From: Phoronis australis
Taxonomy: Eukaryota > Animalia > Phoronida
Length of the DNA: 64,000 nucleotides
NCBI GenBank assembly: GCA_002633005.1
Contig: NMRA01000803.1
Location: 1-64,000, forward strand
Direction: 5' to 3'
Below, one piece after another: positions 37,631 to 52,180 of the stretch. The position numbers and the translations under genes are program-made. The notes under the pieces were generated by a model that searched no databases, was not told the DNA's origin, and saw nothing but the letters and a program-made list of their open reading frames with translations. Positions within the stretch are counted from its first letter, which is position 1. Every line of letters starts with the position of its first letter.

Positions 37631-38689
37631 CACAAGGTTCCCCCTTCCCTTCCCCGTCTCAATCGAAAGATGTTTCAGTGGCTACGGCCAGCAACGTGCC
37701 GTGTGGAATTGATATGACAGGGACTAGAACAGTAAGTTGTTTAGGAGCCCTGTTTGAGTGGGACTTCGGTCAAAGGTCATAGACCAAAAAGTGACATTAT
37801 ACGCCTACCGAATGGAAGTGTCAGTGACGTCACAGGTCATTACGTAATAGGTTTAATTGGACCTGCTAGAAAGGGGCCTCGATCCAATTAGGTCAAGATC
37901 ATGTGTGTAACTGGAAGTCGTCGGTAAACCGGACAGAAGAAAACGAGGCTTACGGTATGCACACGCATGGTTTATAAGTTGGAATTCGAAGAGTACTACT
38001 ACCGGGATTATGTGACGCATCTGCACACTCGAGTCATTTACGAATCAGTACGTCAGATATGGGTGTGCCCATCTTATGGAGAACAGTAATATTTTAATTA
38101 TTTCCCAGATTGTTGGGGACAAATTTAGCAAAGAACAATTTCACTTGTCGGTCATATTATGTGCGAACTGAATAATTATGTATCGTGGCCAAGATATTAT
38201 TACGAACGTGGCCTTTCAATTCATGAACAGACAAACCATCTACGCCTTTGCCTCTGGCTGCCATGGGTTTGTTCCTGGTAATCAACGAATGCCATCAGCA
38301 TTTGCACACATCAGAACTGTATTTCGATGCTGTAGGTGCTGAGTTGAGTACATGTGATTCGTTACTGATACCCGCTGATTCAAAACTAAGACATTTGGCA
38401 GTTGAAATTACCACTCTGTAACTTCAAACGGGTTTTCCTCAAGAATTAACTTTCCAGGTTCGCTCCTCTGAATGCTCCTACAGTGTAATTTATAGACAGC
38501 ATTTTCTTTACTACGCGTTTTAACAGTGATCATTCACACATTTTTCACGTCTCATGAGAACAATGAAAAACAAATGTTCTTCAATATAAATTTTCGCCTT
38601 ACTTATACAGATATCAGTTTGAGTTGTGATCCCAATGTAAACTGCTGATTTAATGCTATACTCCACCCGTGCTTGTTTAAATGATTTTA

Positions 38690-41255
38690 GTAAGTACGAA
38701 AAGTAGACGAGGTGTACAGCGTACTTCGCCCTGTTTTAAAACTGGTTTGGCTTCAATTGACTTTGAGTCAGTCTTAGATAACAATTTGTCACAAAATCAT
38801 AACAACAATTATAGCCACTTAAGAACAATAATTTTAGATTTGGTAAATAAACATTTTCACTCTAAAACCAAACGTTTCAAGAAGCATAAACATAAACTAC
38901 ATTGGACATGTCAAAACAATATATGTGCGAGACAAAATCTATAAAAAAAGAAAACCACACCTTCTGGTTTTATTTTTCTCGCATTTACTCATTAAAACTG
39001 AGAAATTATAACAGTATACGTAAGTTTGTAATAGAAGAACCAAATGTATGTACAATGAAAAACAGTTCAAGCAGCACAAAAATGATTTACGTCAAACTTG
39101 GCAAGTCATCAAAAACGCAATTTCTAATCCATCGTTCTGAACTGTTCTCCCACAGTTTATCACCTCTACTGCATCTGGACACACTACTATTAAACAAATC
39201 AGTTCAACAACTATTTAATTAACATTGGAAAAAATTGGCTTCTCAAATATCGATATGGAATGAACGTTTCGAAAATTATCTTGATGGTTCCCCTGACTCT
39301 ATATTTACGTTTCAATCCGTTGATGATGTCGAAGTACTAAAGGCAATGAAAAATCTAAAATCAAAATCCACTACAGATTGTGATGGCCTATCGTGTTCAT
39401 TTGTAAAAAATACTCGAACTTATTATTCAAACCAATTTCTATGATTATAAACCAATCCCTACGCACAGGTATTTTCCCCCATGGTTTGAAGGTAGCTAAG
39501 GTAATCCCTATTTATAAAGGTAATGACACTGACAGTCACTCTCTTGTTAACTACAGACCAATATCTACCTATTATTTCCAAAGTTTTTAAAAAAACTGTT
39601 CATGATCAAGTCTATTCATATTTTCTCATAACAATCTTCTATATAAGTCCCAGTATGGTTTCAGACCTAACCACTCCACTGAACTCGCGGCTACTGAATT
39701 CGTCCACTCTCTTTACAAAGCCTTATACAAAGTTTGAACCCTATTTCCCTATTCATGGATCTTTTTAAAGCCTTTGATACCATTGATCACGATATCCTAT
39801 TAAACATTAAAGCAATACGGGTTTTCTAGTAACGAGTTTTATTGGCTTCAATGCTACCTTGAAAACAGAAAGCAGTTTGTCTGTCTTGATACTGTCACTT
39901 CATCCCAACTTGGCATTTCTACAGGTGTACAACAGGGATCTAGTCTAAGACCTCTCCTATTTTTAGTCTATGTAAATGACATCACTTCCTTCGCTAAGGC
40001 ACAGTTCGTTATGTACGCAAACGACACATGCCTGTTAATTCCTTTCGGTGTAAACAAAAATCATAGCGTGTCAGCGATCAAATCATCAGAATTAATAATA
40101 CTCTCTACAAGATGTTTTTGATTGGTTAAATACCAATAAATTATCGCTCAACACAAGTAAAACTAAATTTATGCTATTTCGATTTCCACAGTTTTGGCAA
40201 TTTCGTTAAAAATTTCCTGAGCATGCTTGTTCCAGGAAAGATGACTGTCTACAAAAATTCCTAAAAACTCGAAATTTTCAACTCTGTTAATAATTTCATT
40301 GTGGTTTTGATTAGAGGAATGTCATCCACAAACACACACTCCTGATGATATACAATGCTCTTATACTGTCACATCTATATTTTGGAGTAACACTATGGGG
40401 GTTCAATAATTGTACGAGACTGAAACTTCTGAAGAAAGAGAGCTTTGGGAAATGTTACCAATTCTTCGTTTTTTCACAAACAGAAACAATTTGCAGGGAA
40501 ATCAGAACACGTCTTCTTGACGACATATTTAACCAAGCTTGCCTTAAATTCTTCTACAAATTCAAACATAGTCAATTGCCTATTTACTTTTATGGTAACA
40601 TTTTTTTCTAATTCCATTGGTCACCAAGAGATCTTCCTAGAATATGCAGTCAACAACCCACCCTAAAACTGCCCACCTACAACAGATACAGTTGTGAAAA
40701 TTCATTAATGTTCAAAATACCAAATCTAATAAACACTGGGTCCATCCAAGACGTGTAACAGACAAAATCGACACGCATAGCTTAAATGGGTTCTCCATGT
40801 ATTTAAAAACTTACATATTTTAAGGGCTTAAAAGCACTTACAGCTCTCAGTGTAACGTTCTACATTGCTATCCATGTTGTAATTGAAGTAACCGTGAACA
40901 CAAGTCTTACATCTTAGTCAAATGTTTCTCTAACCGTGCGGTTTCCCTTGTATCATCTCTATGTTTAATTCTTTGTAACCTGCAATTAAATTACGTTTTT
41001 AAATAAACTCGCATTGTATTTTATTTCTTCGTAGATGTACTTTTTGTTGTTATCTATATTGCTCTTCTTAATTGTTAATAACTATTTAATTTATTGTTAC
41101 TCGGTGGTCAGCTATCAGCGGCCCGTGCCTTCGCTGGTCACCCAATCATATAACAATGTAGGTTTTTATATGATTTAAAAATAAACTCTCTCTCTCTCTC
41201 CCTCTCTCTCTCCCTCCCTCCCTCCCTCTCTCCCTCTCCCTCTCTNTCCCCCCTC
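38690..41255 (+). mobile_element. Decayed, 5'-truncated CR1/L2-like non-LTR retrotransposon (RT pseudogene) with (TC)n tail
   Basis: Frameshifted RT motifs: IINQSLRTGIFPHGLKVAKVIPIYKG, NYRPIS, QYGFRPNHST, DLFKAFDTIDHDILL, GVQQGS, MYANDT, IYNALILSHLYFGVTLWG; AATAAA followed by a TC microsatellite at about 41180-41255. Confidence 0.9.
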
Positions 41256-42477
41256 CCGACTACAAACAGGTTACAAAATTGTGTAGTCACGTGATTCTTT
41301 ATTGTGGAAACGTAATCAACTGACTTTCTCGGTTAAAAGCTGGAGAACACATACCAAGATTAAAGTCAACAACAAGTCACCTTGACAACAACACCCGACC
41401 ATTATCAGCCATTTCCAGTGCCATTTGCAATTTCTGGCAGATAAAGACACTCAAGTTTTGCTCTTACAATGAGGAAGATACTTATATCCTACAAAACAGC
41501 GAAACATCCACTACATTCCTAAAACGAAAAATGAAAGGAAAACACTGAGCAATAAACCACCAGTTGTCTGCAAGAAAACTGTCGGGAAAGACAATAAAAA
41601 TATACACACCAGCAGATATTCTATTAAAAACTTAGCTAAAGAAAACGTGACATAATTTTTGTGGCCTTGACATGTCATCGAATAAAGAAATAGGGAGATG
41701 AGAGGTTCCTTTAAGGTTTTAGGCAACCTCTCCCCTAATATCACTGCCAGAAATAGAACATTTCTATTTCACCACAAAGCAGGAGTACACTGTGACAGTC
41801 AATTAGTTGAACAAATGACGTCATATACAGCACTACTACCACTGGGAAAATAGAAAGGAACAATGTAAGCAGGGGTATCCATAAGAAGTCTCTTGCAACC
41901 TTAGCATGATAACATGACCACTAAATACTCAGGTATGTAAAATAATAGTCGACTTTTGTTCTTAGTTATAGAACAAAACATGAAAACAAAATTCTATCAA
42001 ATGATATTCAGCATATGGGGAAATTATTATAGGCGAGTGTTTGTTTCTCTATTACCATACAAGCGTCAAATTAACTTCAAGTGGTTTCTAAAGCAATGAA
42101 AAAGTTAACTATACACATGTATACTCACTTCATTGCCAGTAAAACTTCATAAGTCAGTGGCACAGAGTTCGACTATTTCTGGTCACATGACCTCTTACTC
42201 TAGTGCTAAAACTTGCTCGGAGAGTTCTAGGACAACTTTCAAATGTACCTAAGAGTAGTAAGCAGTTTTTTAACAAGTTACCAGAATCTCTTCCATTGAA
42301 AATCAATGAAATTTCAGAGCATTACACTTCTCCTAGTTCTCCAATGATTATATGTTACTTCCACACCCGTTTTCTTCTAAGTTAATGCCACAATGCTAAT
42401 GAAACCAGATAAAATTCCGATAACTTTTTTAAAAACTATTCTTAGAAAGATGAACAGTTCCCAAGCCATTAGACTCG

Positions 42478-45400
42478 TTAATCGACTATGCTCCGCAGAA
42501 CATATTTCACGGAATATGCGAACACTGCAAAACCCACAATGACTGCGAGGTTTGTGAGCGCATTTCCCACAATGCCTTGCTCCATGTTTCCTGGCATACC
42601 GTCCTGCATCTGATGTATGGTCGACCGTCCACTGTCATCGACATTAGTTTGCACACACTGGGCCAACTCCTCCTGGATTTTCTGCAGCTTATCACGAATT
42701 TCCTGGAAATGAGAACAGCACGGGGTAAAGTTAGTGAGTCTCTGAAGCCACATAACTTTAGCTACAGTCTCCACGATTTAGCATCGACTAAACAGGATAT
42801 TCGGCAGCCAAAATTTTGCAGCTGTAACTGTTGCAAAAGACCGATAAAGCTCCGTGCCCAAAAAATGTCAATTCATCACTTGTTTAGTGGATCAGGCGAA
42901 ATCTACACGGTTCGTATTAAGATCTATGTTCCCTGTCCCAGGATCTGAGAAGTGAACGATACATTTAGTCTTAAACGAGTACCCTGCACCAGACTTATAA
43001 CAGAGCACAGCGTTTGAATTGCATAGTCTCATAAGTTGACAATCTGTTCAAATCTCCCAAAATTAGACACAAATTGTTAGTATTCAATGAGAATTGGCTA
43101 CAATGAGCTGAGCTACATGGTTTGTGTCTAAACTTGGCTTTTCGGCATTGACAATGTCATCAGCTATGACAAAAATACTACTTATTGCTTCAAATCGAAA
43201 TATTCCACAGAGTTAAGCTATCACAACATTGTGTCTTGTGACAAAGTTATTGCTCCGGCACATTTCAGAGGAGTGTTCAGACAATCCATACCTGACATTC
43301 CAGAAGATGAACGTACATGTGCACTAACAATTTTTACCGGACATTCCAGAAGGTGTACGTACCTGCGTTATTTCTGGGAAAATTTCGCAAAATATCTGAT
43401 CTTTAAGATTTGTAGTGAGACTCTGAGCAGCCAACTGCCTTTTCTGCAACAGAGAAGAGAAACTGGCTTCCAGTCTGACACAAATGCTGCCCATGATCAA
43501 CCCATCAAGACGAGGCGTGCTCTAGACTGAAGTCACACCACACACATTTTGTTAGCAGGGCATAGTTACTAGGCAGTAAGTTTCCACATGTGATGGTGAA
43601 TATCAAAAGTTCCAATCTACCATGACTTGAATCTTGCCCCTGATCGCCATAAAGGTGGTCACAACTCGCATCTAACATAGATTCTGATTTATGAGCTAGG
43701 GAAAGAACTGACCAAGCGAAACGTTCTACCCATTCAATCACTGGCTCATCAATTTTACCCATACTTAAAGTTACTCAGCACACCACTTAAGTAAAAATGA
43801 GTGTTACCATGGGACATCCCATTTCAGCCAATGGTGAATGTTTTGAATACTTTTGCTGTTGAGGCATAAAATCGAGTTGCAAAATAAAGCAAGTTAACAC
43901 TTCTAGTTTTCTACAGTATACTCACTGTGAACAGAATAGAGCTTTTGGCTCTTATCTTTTGGCTTAAGAAATCACTGCATTGTTATTTCACCTTACTTTG
44001 AAGCCATGCTACAAATAACCAGGGCTTGGAATGACCAATGACAAAAAACGCGGAAACGTTGAAACTTTTACGGCCCAAATCATGCCCGATAACCAGCCTT
44101 GAAATGGTCAATGTGAACCTTTCCCCGACAAAAATCGGGAGGACTAAAAAAAACGTTACCACCATCAGTAGCATGCATCTGCGTCCTTTTAGCTCGCCCG
44201 TCCACTCCCAACCCACACATTTTTGTCTGCAGAGCGGTAGTATTTGTCGCCGCGCTTAACAATAACACGAGACGCCATTGAAAATCCCACCATGCTGTCC
44301 CAGATGCCCCGGCAATGTTGACAATTTACGTTCCTCCGAAACATAAAGAGCAACTTCCGCTTTTCGAGGTGAACGTCGTCTGCAACGCCGCGGTAAGAAA
44401 GGAATTTGCCGCGGAGATTTTATATCAAATCTGATTTTTTTAAGCGGAAATATTATAAAAAAAGTGGAAAGCAAATTTGAAAAAAGCGGAAATCCGCGTT
44501 TCCGCGGAAAATTCCAAGCCCTGAATAACTTAACATCACATGCAACCTAATTCAGTCAAAATAGAATGGAACTCATTTCAGGGTGAGCTTAGACAACTAA
44601 ATTGACCATGGATAAAACATTGATTAAAAAACAAACAAGACAGTCCGATACAAGAGGCATATCTTAACGACAGTGACAACCTGACAACCAAGTATATGAC
44701 TCACTGTATAATCTGACGTCTCCATACTTCCTAATGTTGGACTTTTCTCCAGCATGAAACTCAACAGTCCAGTTAGTATAGTCGACACGGACCAGGCAGG
44801 GTTCCAAGTGTCGGGGTGGAAGTCACTGATAGATAGACACAGCCTGAAATCAGCAACGCTTACTATAAATATCAAATGCGTCGTACATACCGCATTCCAG
44901 TGGTGGCAAGATGCTCAAGGCTATTTTTCAGCCATGCATTGATCAATTTTTGCAACAACACACAACTTGATGTGAAAGTGAAATTACGACTGAATGTTGT
45001 GCAGTTGGCAATTCTTGAAAACAAAAGTAGAGAAACGATGAACACAATGTGCTCTATGCACCAAGATTGAATTTTTGACGAGGAAGAAACTGCCTAGTAT
45101 CTCACAGACTCCCCCCAAAGGCACACCATTAGTGAACACATGCAACATTGTCTTAAATTACGTCTTACCTTGTATTGCACTTAAAGCGACCATTAGGTGT
45201 GATCATGTATATGCTAGGAGGTTTGAACGGAAACTCTCTCGGAAAAACAAGTTTTCCGTGGTAGTAGCCACCTTCGTACGGCGACTTCTCTGGTCCTTTC
45301 ACAACATAGTGCCTGTAATGTCAAAATTTGCAGTTTAGGGCCAAACCTGATATACCAGGCCTAAATAAAAATTAAGTTCATTTGCCCTTACCCAACCGAA

Positions 45401-47492
45401 CCGCTAAAAACCCGCCTACTCAGAAAATTTAGTGACAAAATTCTTCTGACTTTTTGTATACTACTCTACAAAAAATCAATTTCATACTTTTGCTTGATTG
45501 ATGATACAGCCCAGGAATAAGTCTTTACTGCTGAATTGGTTGTTTCGTTACAAAATGTGCACAAAATCCTTCAACAAAATCTCAAACATGAATTGCTAAT
45601 TTCTCAAGACTCTTGAAGAAGGCGTGGCTCATTGGTTGAGACATTGTAGCAAAATTGGTGTATGAAGTTATAAAAAACTTTTTGCCAACCTACCTACCCA
45701 GATGTTAAAAGTAGGGTTGGGTATGGGCAAACAAAGATATTTTCATGACTGGCAACAGGGGGAAATTCTTCATTGAATATCGAGTTACATAATTACTGGC
45801 ACATGTCTATCAAACATTCCATTTCAAAATTTCACACCATGTACTAGAATATACGCAAAGAAACAAAAACCGATGTCACTTGTTACGCATCTGTTTACAG
45901 TTTCTGATGTATTCTGTTTTTAAACAGATTTGCACTACAAAATAGATGGACTAAGGATAATAGCAGAATCAAAGACACCACTGGCAGCAGATAACTTCGT
46001 GTAAACCGCAGTGTTATATTATACATTGTAAAGCTCAAAGTTTCTGTATTCCACCGATGGTCCCCGACGCCTCAGACTACAGCGTTTGCACGGTTTTAGC
46101 AGAAGATACCAGGTTCGAGTCTTGGTTGGGGTAGAAATCTTTTCAGACTTATATTCATCAGGTCACATGACATGGCCAACAGAGGCATGCTTACCAGACT
46201 TATAAATGTCTGCAAAATCTAAATTGTACAAGAAAACACGTCGAAATTTACTACTGTACGTCCATAGTACAAACACGTGACTATGAATACCTATTTGCAA
46301 TTAATTAAAAAATAATTCAGACATCTTTCACAGGTGGCACTTAACAGGGTTCTCCACTGGTGTTGGGCCCTCTTTAATTTCAGTCACTGAGTTTGTGCCC
46401 ATCCCATCCTAACTAATAGAAACGCTTCTCCATTCAATATTTCTTGACCCAGAATTATAAGACTAGCTCATTTCAACTGAAGGGCAAGTGTGTAGCACAG
46501 GAATTAATACCAACTGCAACAAAAGTTGTCACACAATCACCCCCTGGAGGAATTGTCCATAAAAAAGTACACCAGATAGTAAACTGTAGATTAATTAACA
46601 AATCCACCAGAAGGATTGTACTTACAATAAAGTGGGTCTGAATATTGAGTGATTTGTTTCACGTGTAATCAACCAATGTTGTTGCAAAAATGTTTAATAA
46701 GACCTTTCCCTATTAATGTAATACCCACTGCATCCTAAGTTGTCAAATGTATCTATTTTTTCTAGTAGCTTTTTCATAGCTTCAAAATGATCCAGAACAC
46801 TTGTGTAGAAACGGAAAGTGTGAATGAAACTCTGGGCTGGTTTTAACAGATAAAAAACAGAAGCTTTTAAGTATTGTGGATTTGATAACGGAAATTAAAG
46901 AAACATTCTTTACTTTACAGTGCTAAGAATATCCGTAAAAATTTAAATTAAAACTAATTCTATTTTTACTATACATAGTTCACTCATTTGTGCAATGACT
47001 TATTTGAACAAAAAGATTTTTTAAAATGTAGGAAACAAGCTCCAATTTAAAAATCTTGAGACAGTCCTCCTAAGACCCTGAATATAAGGAGACAATGCTT
47101 TTGATAGCCTTGGTTGTCAGCACACGAGTGCCCTACATGGTCTTCCGCGGTTCCGCCCTCTTTCAATTTTGAGAAGTGGAGACCACTGCTTACAACAGCT
47201 TTGAAGATCATTCAATGTTTTACCACTATAACTGTAGAAGCACATTTGCCCTTTGCTTGGTCTGTGTTGTATATACAATATACAATTACGGATTCTAATT
47301 CACTATGACTTAGAAATTTTAAAGAAGTGGCTCCACTGGTTTGTGAAGATAGCTAATACTCCTTAGGTACCATTCTAGAATGTTGGTAGGGAGTGGAGCT
47401 GCTGTGATGTAAGGAACTGGATCTTTCATGATGCGAATGTAGTCCTGCTTGAGCCTCGCAGTGGCCGACGAGTTTGTTCTCTTTGTGGCCAT
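42478..47492 (-). CDS. UBE2J2: Ubiquitin-conjugating enzyme E2 J2 (Ubc6-like, tail-anchored ERAD E2)
   Basis: Exons 47492-47371, 45312-45169, 44843-44705, 43443-43363, 42702-42478; all GT-AG and phase-consistent. [18 protein letters not shown]...PTNILEWHYVVKGP...[13 protein letters not shown]...[20 protein letters not shown]...; C-terminal [20 protein letters not shown]. Confidence 0.96.
44020..44523. mobile_element. Non-autonomous hAT-like DNA transposon in a UBE2J2 intron, 13 bp TIR, 6 bp TSD AATAAC
   Basis: cagggcttggaat ... attccaagccctg; AATAAC at 44014-44019 and 44524-44529; subterminal gcggaaa repeats. Confidence 0.85.
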
Positions 47493-48559
47493 TGTGGAGG
47501 TTAAAGTGTGGTGTCTGAAAGCAAAAATATAACAAAATTAAGTGTATTTGATAAACTTCCCGTGTCCACACTGACAGATCAGCCGGCAAAGAAAAGACAT
47601 TTCAAATATTCAATAGTGATCACTCAGTTGTATTGGTCCAACATACACGTTCATGTCTCATCTTGGGCTTCCAGAAATAATACACATCACTAATCAACAA
47701 AACAGTTCATGGTTAACTTCGGGTTCAAATTTAATGTCTAAAAATACACTTTGAAAATTTCAGTTTGGACTTCATAGCTCAGTCCCATCAAATGCAAACA
47801 ACGGGTCAAATATATTGTAATTTCAAGTGCACAATGAAATGTTACAGACAAATATTTCAAACTCCATACAGTACTGCTGAGCGTGAACTTGGAATCCTGC
47901 TTAATCTGATGACCGCGTATGCGTGAACTTAGAATACAAGAGGCATCTTGATAAGCTCACTCAAAAAATCATGTTCAAGTTGCCAAAATTCGCACTGCAC
48001 TACATCATATTACATGTTCATAAAATAATGTAAAAATAATTAACCTTTTTTCCAAATATCGGGTGATCTTGTTCACCAGACAATAATTGATTAGCCGCAT
48101 TCACAGTTCCGCTGCTTCTGTGACACAAATTACGGTAAAGGAGAAAATGGGTGTTCGTGGGCCAATAATTACAACTCGTCTGCTTGCCTTAATGAATATT
48201 CAACTCCAAGTTCACCATACGAGATCTTGAAATTACGCAAAAATTCCCAGGTTCACGCACAGTACTGAGCACCACTCTTGTTTTGGTTCATGGTTTGGGC
48301 CGTGAAACTTTTTAATTGCTTTGATTCTTTAACAGTAAATTAGGGAATATATGAAAACTCCATGGATGGAATGGAGCTTGCTGATCCTGTCGACTGCAGT
48401 TGATTTCTAGAGGACGTAGTCTCGGGTTAAAAAATAAAACTTATCAACAGAGCGTAACTAGGCAGAATTATTGAAGTTTCCACCATAAAGTGAAGCAAAG
48501 GTCGAATAAGGCATCTCCATAAATCATCGCTTGTAAACACAATTATTCAGCAGATTACT

Positions 48560-48876
48560 CACGAACAAAACAAACTCCGTGTAGACAGTTTGAGTGTGTG
48601 TGTGTGTTACCGTTATTCTGTTGCTCCAGACTGAACAGTGACCAACCCATACGGTACAGGCAGAGAGCTACAGCCCGTTTCTACACTCGGGCAAGTTTGG
48701 CTTGGAGTTGGTATAAAAGATACCCGTACCCGTCCTATACTTTCATTATTATGAACAGAAGGTGGCATAAAGCCAAAAGGTGAAAAAAATTACCAGTTTC
48801 GTTTCCTGTTTTATTCCGTCGATCACTCCATTTTGTTGTCGTCGATTGGTGGTATTGCGGTCTGGTTCTTGTAAGT
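48560..48876. promoter_or_regulatory. Putative bidirectional promoter with divergent non-coding first exons of UBE2J2 and B3GALT6
   Basis: Minus-strand donor GTGAGT (actcac, ~48557-48562) and plus-strand donor GTAAGT (48871) face away from each other; both genes have an acceptor just upstream of their ATG (47515 and 52177). Confidence 0.5.
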
Positions 48877-49287
48877 ACGCAGCTTTCTAAATGATATTTG
48901 GAACCAGTTGACCTATTTCTTTTCATTACGTTTTTATCAAACTACTGAAAACAAATTTATCGTTATTTTTCAGCATAGCTTAGCCACATTATACTATATT
49001 CGGTTTTTTAATGTGCCTAATTGAAAAAATATTCATAACAACACAAAACATAATGTGGAGATTTAAAAATGGTGGCCCCCACAGGATAACTTTCGCAAGC
49101 CTTCTTTCACATTATGTTCGCTTTCAAAGTTTGATCGCATTTAGGTATGCATTGCAAGCCTGAAAACCAACCAATTGTTTACTTACTCGAACTTGCTGGG
49201 TAGTCTAACCAGTATCCGTTGTAACGTGTTTTGTGAAATATTCAGATTTCCTTCATTTTCAAAGAAGTTTTGTATCGATGAATCGAT

Positions 49288-50585
49288 GTGCTTCCGAAGT
49301 TCCGGTGAATCATGAGCCTCTGTTAGCTACTCGCTAATGCCTTAATGGGCAATTGCCTATAAGCTGAATGGTTAGCACGCTTGCCGGTTTTATAGGGGTC
49401 GCTGATTCGGGTAATTTGGTTATTAGGCCTACTACAAATGGCGTAGTCGGCAAACGGATGGTCTACCGATGAAGCACTGCCAACCTGTACTGAGCCTGTG
49501 TTGGTAAAGGTACCAAGGGCCGGGGAAGCCGATAACCAGTGCATGCAACACAACCTGCTGTTCACCTTCCTGGTGGAGCACCTGTTTCATTGGAAAGGGG
49601 GAATGGTATAGATGTGCAAGTTCCAGTGAATCGTATGAGCCTGTTCAGGGCTCGACTTAACGAGCTGCAGGTCGCATTTGCGACCTGAAATTTGGAAATG
49701 CGAGCTGAGATTTTTGTCAGCTCGTATCAAGTCGCAAAATGCGACCTGGTATTTATGAATGCGAGCTGGATTTTGGAAATGCGACCTGGGATTCTGGCTA
49801 GGTCGCAAAATGCGACCTGGCGATTTTAATAGCGTCGAGCCCTGCTGTTAGCCACTCACTATAAATGTCATTAGTAATGAGCAATTGTATATTACCTAAA
49901 TGGTTAGCATGCTCTCCGGTTTTATAGGGGTCGCTGGTTCGATTCCCAGATCGGGTTATCTCGGCTATTCCTACAGCACGAAGAAGGGTATGAAAAATTG
50001 GACCTACTTGTACTTATGTAGTAATAGCCGAGATTACCCGACCTAGGAATCGAACCAGCGACCCCCATAAAACCGGCAAGCGTGCTAACCATTCAGCTAA
50101 TAGGCAATTGCCCATTAGCGAGTAGCTAACAGAGGCTCATATGATTCACCGGAAGCACATCTACAACATTCCCCCCTTTCCTACAGAATAGGCACACCAC
50201 CAGGAAGGTGACCACCAGGATGTCTCGCATACAGGTCATCAACGGCCCTTGGTACTTTTACCACCACAACACAGGTGAACACAAGGTAGTCTCTCATACA
50301 GGTCCTAGACTCCTAGATCTTTTACCATTACAATAACCATGCATGCTGTCAGAGGTCCACAGGTACTAGTTAGCAGTGCCCCATCAGTAGATCACTCATT
50401 TGCTGACTACGCCATTTGTTATAGTAGCCGAGATTACGTGACCCAGGTATCGAACCAGCGAGCCCTATAAAACCAGTAAGCATGCTATACATTCAGCTAA
50501 TAGGCAATTGCCCATAGCATGTGGCTAACAGAGGTGCATATGATTCACCAGAAGTACTTCTACAACATTCCCCCCTTTCCAACAT
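49288..50585. repeat. tRNA-derived (SINE-like) ~320-400 bp units, two on + and two on -, forming a large inverted array
   Basis: A-box-like agctgaatggttag and B-box ggttcgattcc at 49361-49410 and 49895-49960; reverse-complement copies at 50021-50180 and 50421-50580. Confidence 0.75.
49646..49844. mobile_element. MITE with 11 bp TIR and 5 bp TSD CTGTT, nested in a tRNA-derived repeat
   Basis: cagggctcgac ... gtcgagccctg; CTGTT at 49641-49645 and 49845-49849; internal aaatgcgacctgg repeats. Confidence 0.88.
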
Positions 50586-52180
50586 CTACAACAGTGCTTT
50601 GAGACGTTAGAAGACGGCTCATCCTAAGTCAAGGCTTAGTGTTCGCTTGACTCTAGCTAAACAATCAAAGTTGCATTACTATTATATGCCTTTCATGTGA
50701 TTGATATGGACACTTAGCTGTATGAAGACTAATGCCAAAATACATCTAGGAACCGCTGTGTGTTAGAGCCTAATGAATCTCACATAGACCTCAAAATTAC
50801 ACACCAGCCACGTAGTTCTGCTCCTCACCAACCTTATATCAACAGTGGAACTAACAAACGGTAGAGATGTATGTAAAATTTGTGAATCAAGTGACGCTCT
50901 CTTTGCCCTGTAGACGACCACATACCTTAATGTAGCCTGTACGCCGAAAGCTTTTTGGCAAATTATCCCTAAGACTCACTAAACCATCAAAGTCGCATGC
51001 TATGACACCTCACTATGTCATTGATGTGTGCATAGTGACCATTGGCAACCCAGCCAGCTGGCTCTGTATTGTGTTGGGAGGGAATGTGTAATTGAAACTT
51101 GTGCTTCTCCTGTACTATGTCTGTCATGTTTGCTACATATCCAGCTTTTCTCACAAAGAAAAATCAATCCTTGACTTGAAAACAGTACGCTTGACATGCA
51201 CATGCACCATTTTCAAAATTTTTTTGTAAAATCTTTCGGGAGATGATGACAGCTTCACCGAAGGGAATTTTGCTGAGGAATTCAGTTGGCTGATATTAAA
51301 ATACTGTTACTTTAAAGCAAAGTAAAACCAATTCCAGTAACTTGGTATGAACTGTATACAACCTTTTGAAAGAATAACAGTTGATTAGCTCCAATTATTG
51401 TACATTATATTTTTCAGAGTTGTCCAAATTCATTTTACAAACAGCACCTCCGTTTTCGCCGAAGACCTCTGATATGTGAACACCATTTCCACCCACAACT
51501 TCAAAAATTTTGATTTAGAATGCCTGGCATGCCCAGCTCAACAAAAAGTTCGGATTTGAGTTTCTCATCTCAGTGCCCTGGGCATAATGTCAACAACTAT
51601 TGTAACCAGTTTGCATATTTGCACAAATAATTAAATTTTTCAAAGGGTGCAAGTGAGAAAAAGAAATAGAATGACTGGAAATATTGTAAGGCTAATGTAT
51701 AAGTCTAAGAAAGATTAAACATTCGTCGGCAACCAATGTGCAAATTACAAAAAGGTTGATTTTTTTATCAATGATATAGGATCCTTTGTGAATCCAGTGA
51801 CTTTAATGTGAATGCGAAGCTCAAGGGAAAGGTGAACAGGGATTAACTAGCCTTCATATAGCCAGGACGTAACTTCAGATGAGAAACCGGCAACAGCTGA
51901 AAAGCAGATTTAGAAATAAGTCAGCATACATTCACAAGGGATGTGCGAATAAACAGAAAGTAAAAATGCCAGCCGTTGCTGCGTGTTTGAATTAACAGAA
52001 ATATAAAATATTGATTTTGTTAACTACATGTAAGTTTGGGTGTGCTGAAAGCGATATGTGAAATTGTAGAGCAGTTGCCATAAAGCAGATGTAGAAAATC
52101 GCCACATTATGAAGTGTGTCAAAAAATTAGGCAACTATAATATACATGTTAAACCCCTGAATTGCGCTTCTCTTGCAGGC

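Noticed and set aside
49361-49960. Possible tRNA genes (also a B-box at about 46112)
   Set aside because: No complete cloverleaf visible; part of degenerate repeats, so treated as tRNA-derived.
52109-52180. N-terminal extension of the B3GALT6 ORF
   Set aside because: Lies upstream of a good acceptor (tcttgcag) and is probably intronic; ATG 52181 preferred.
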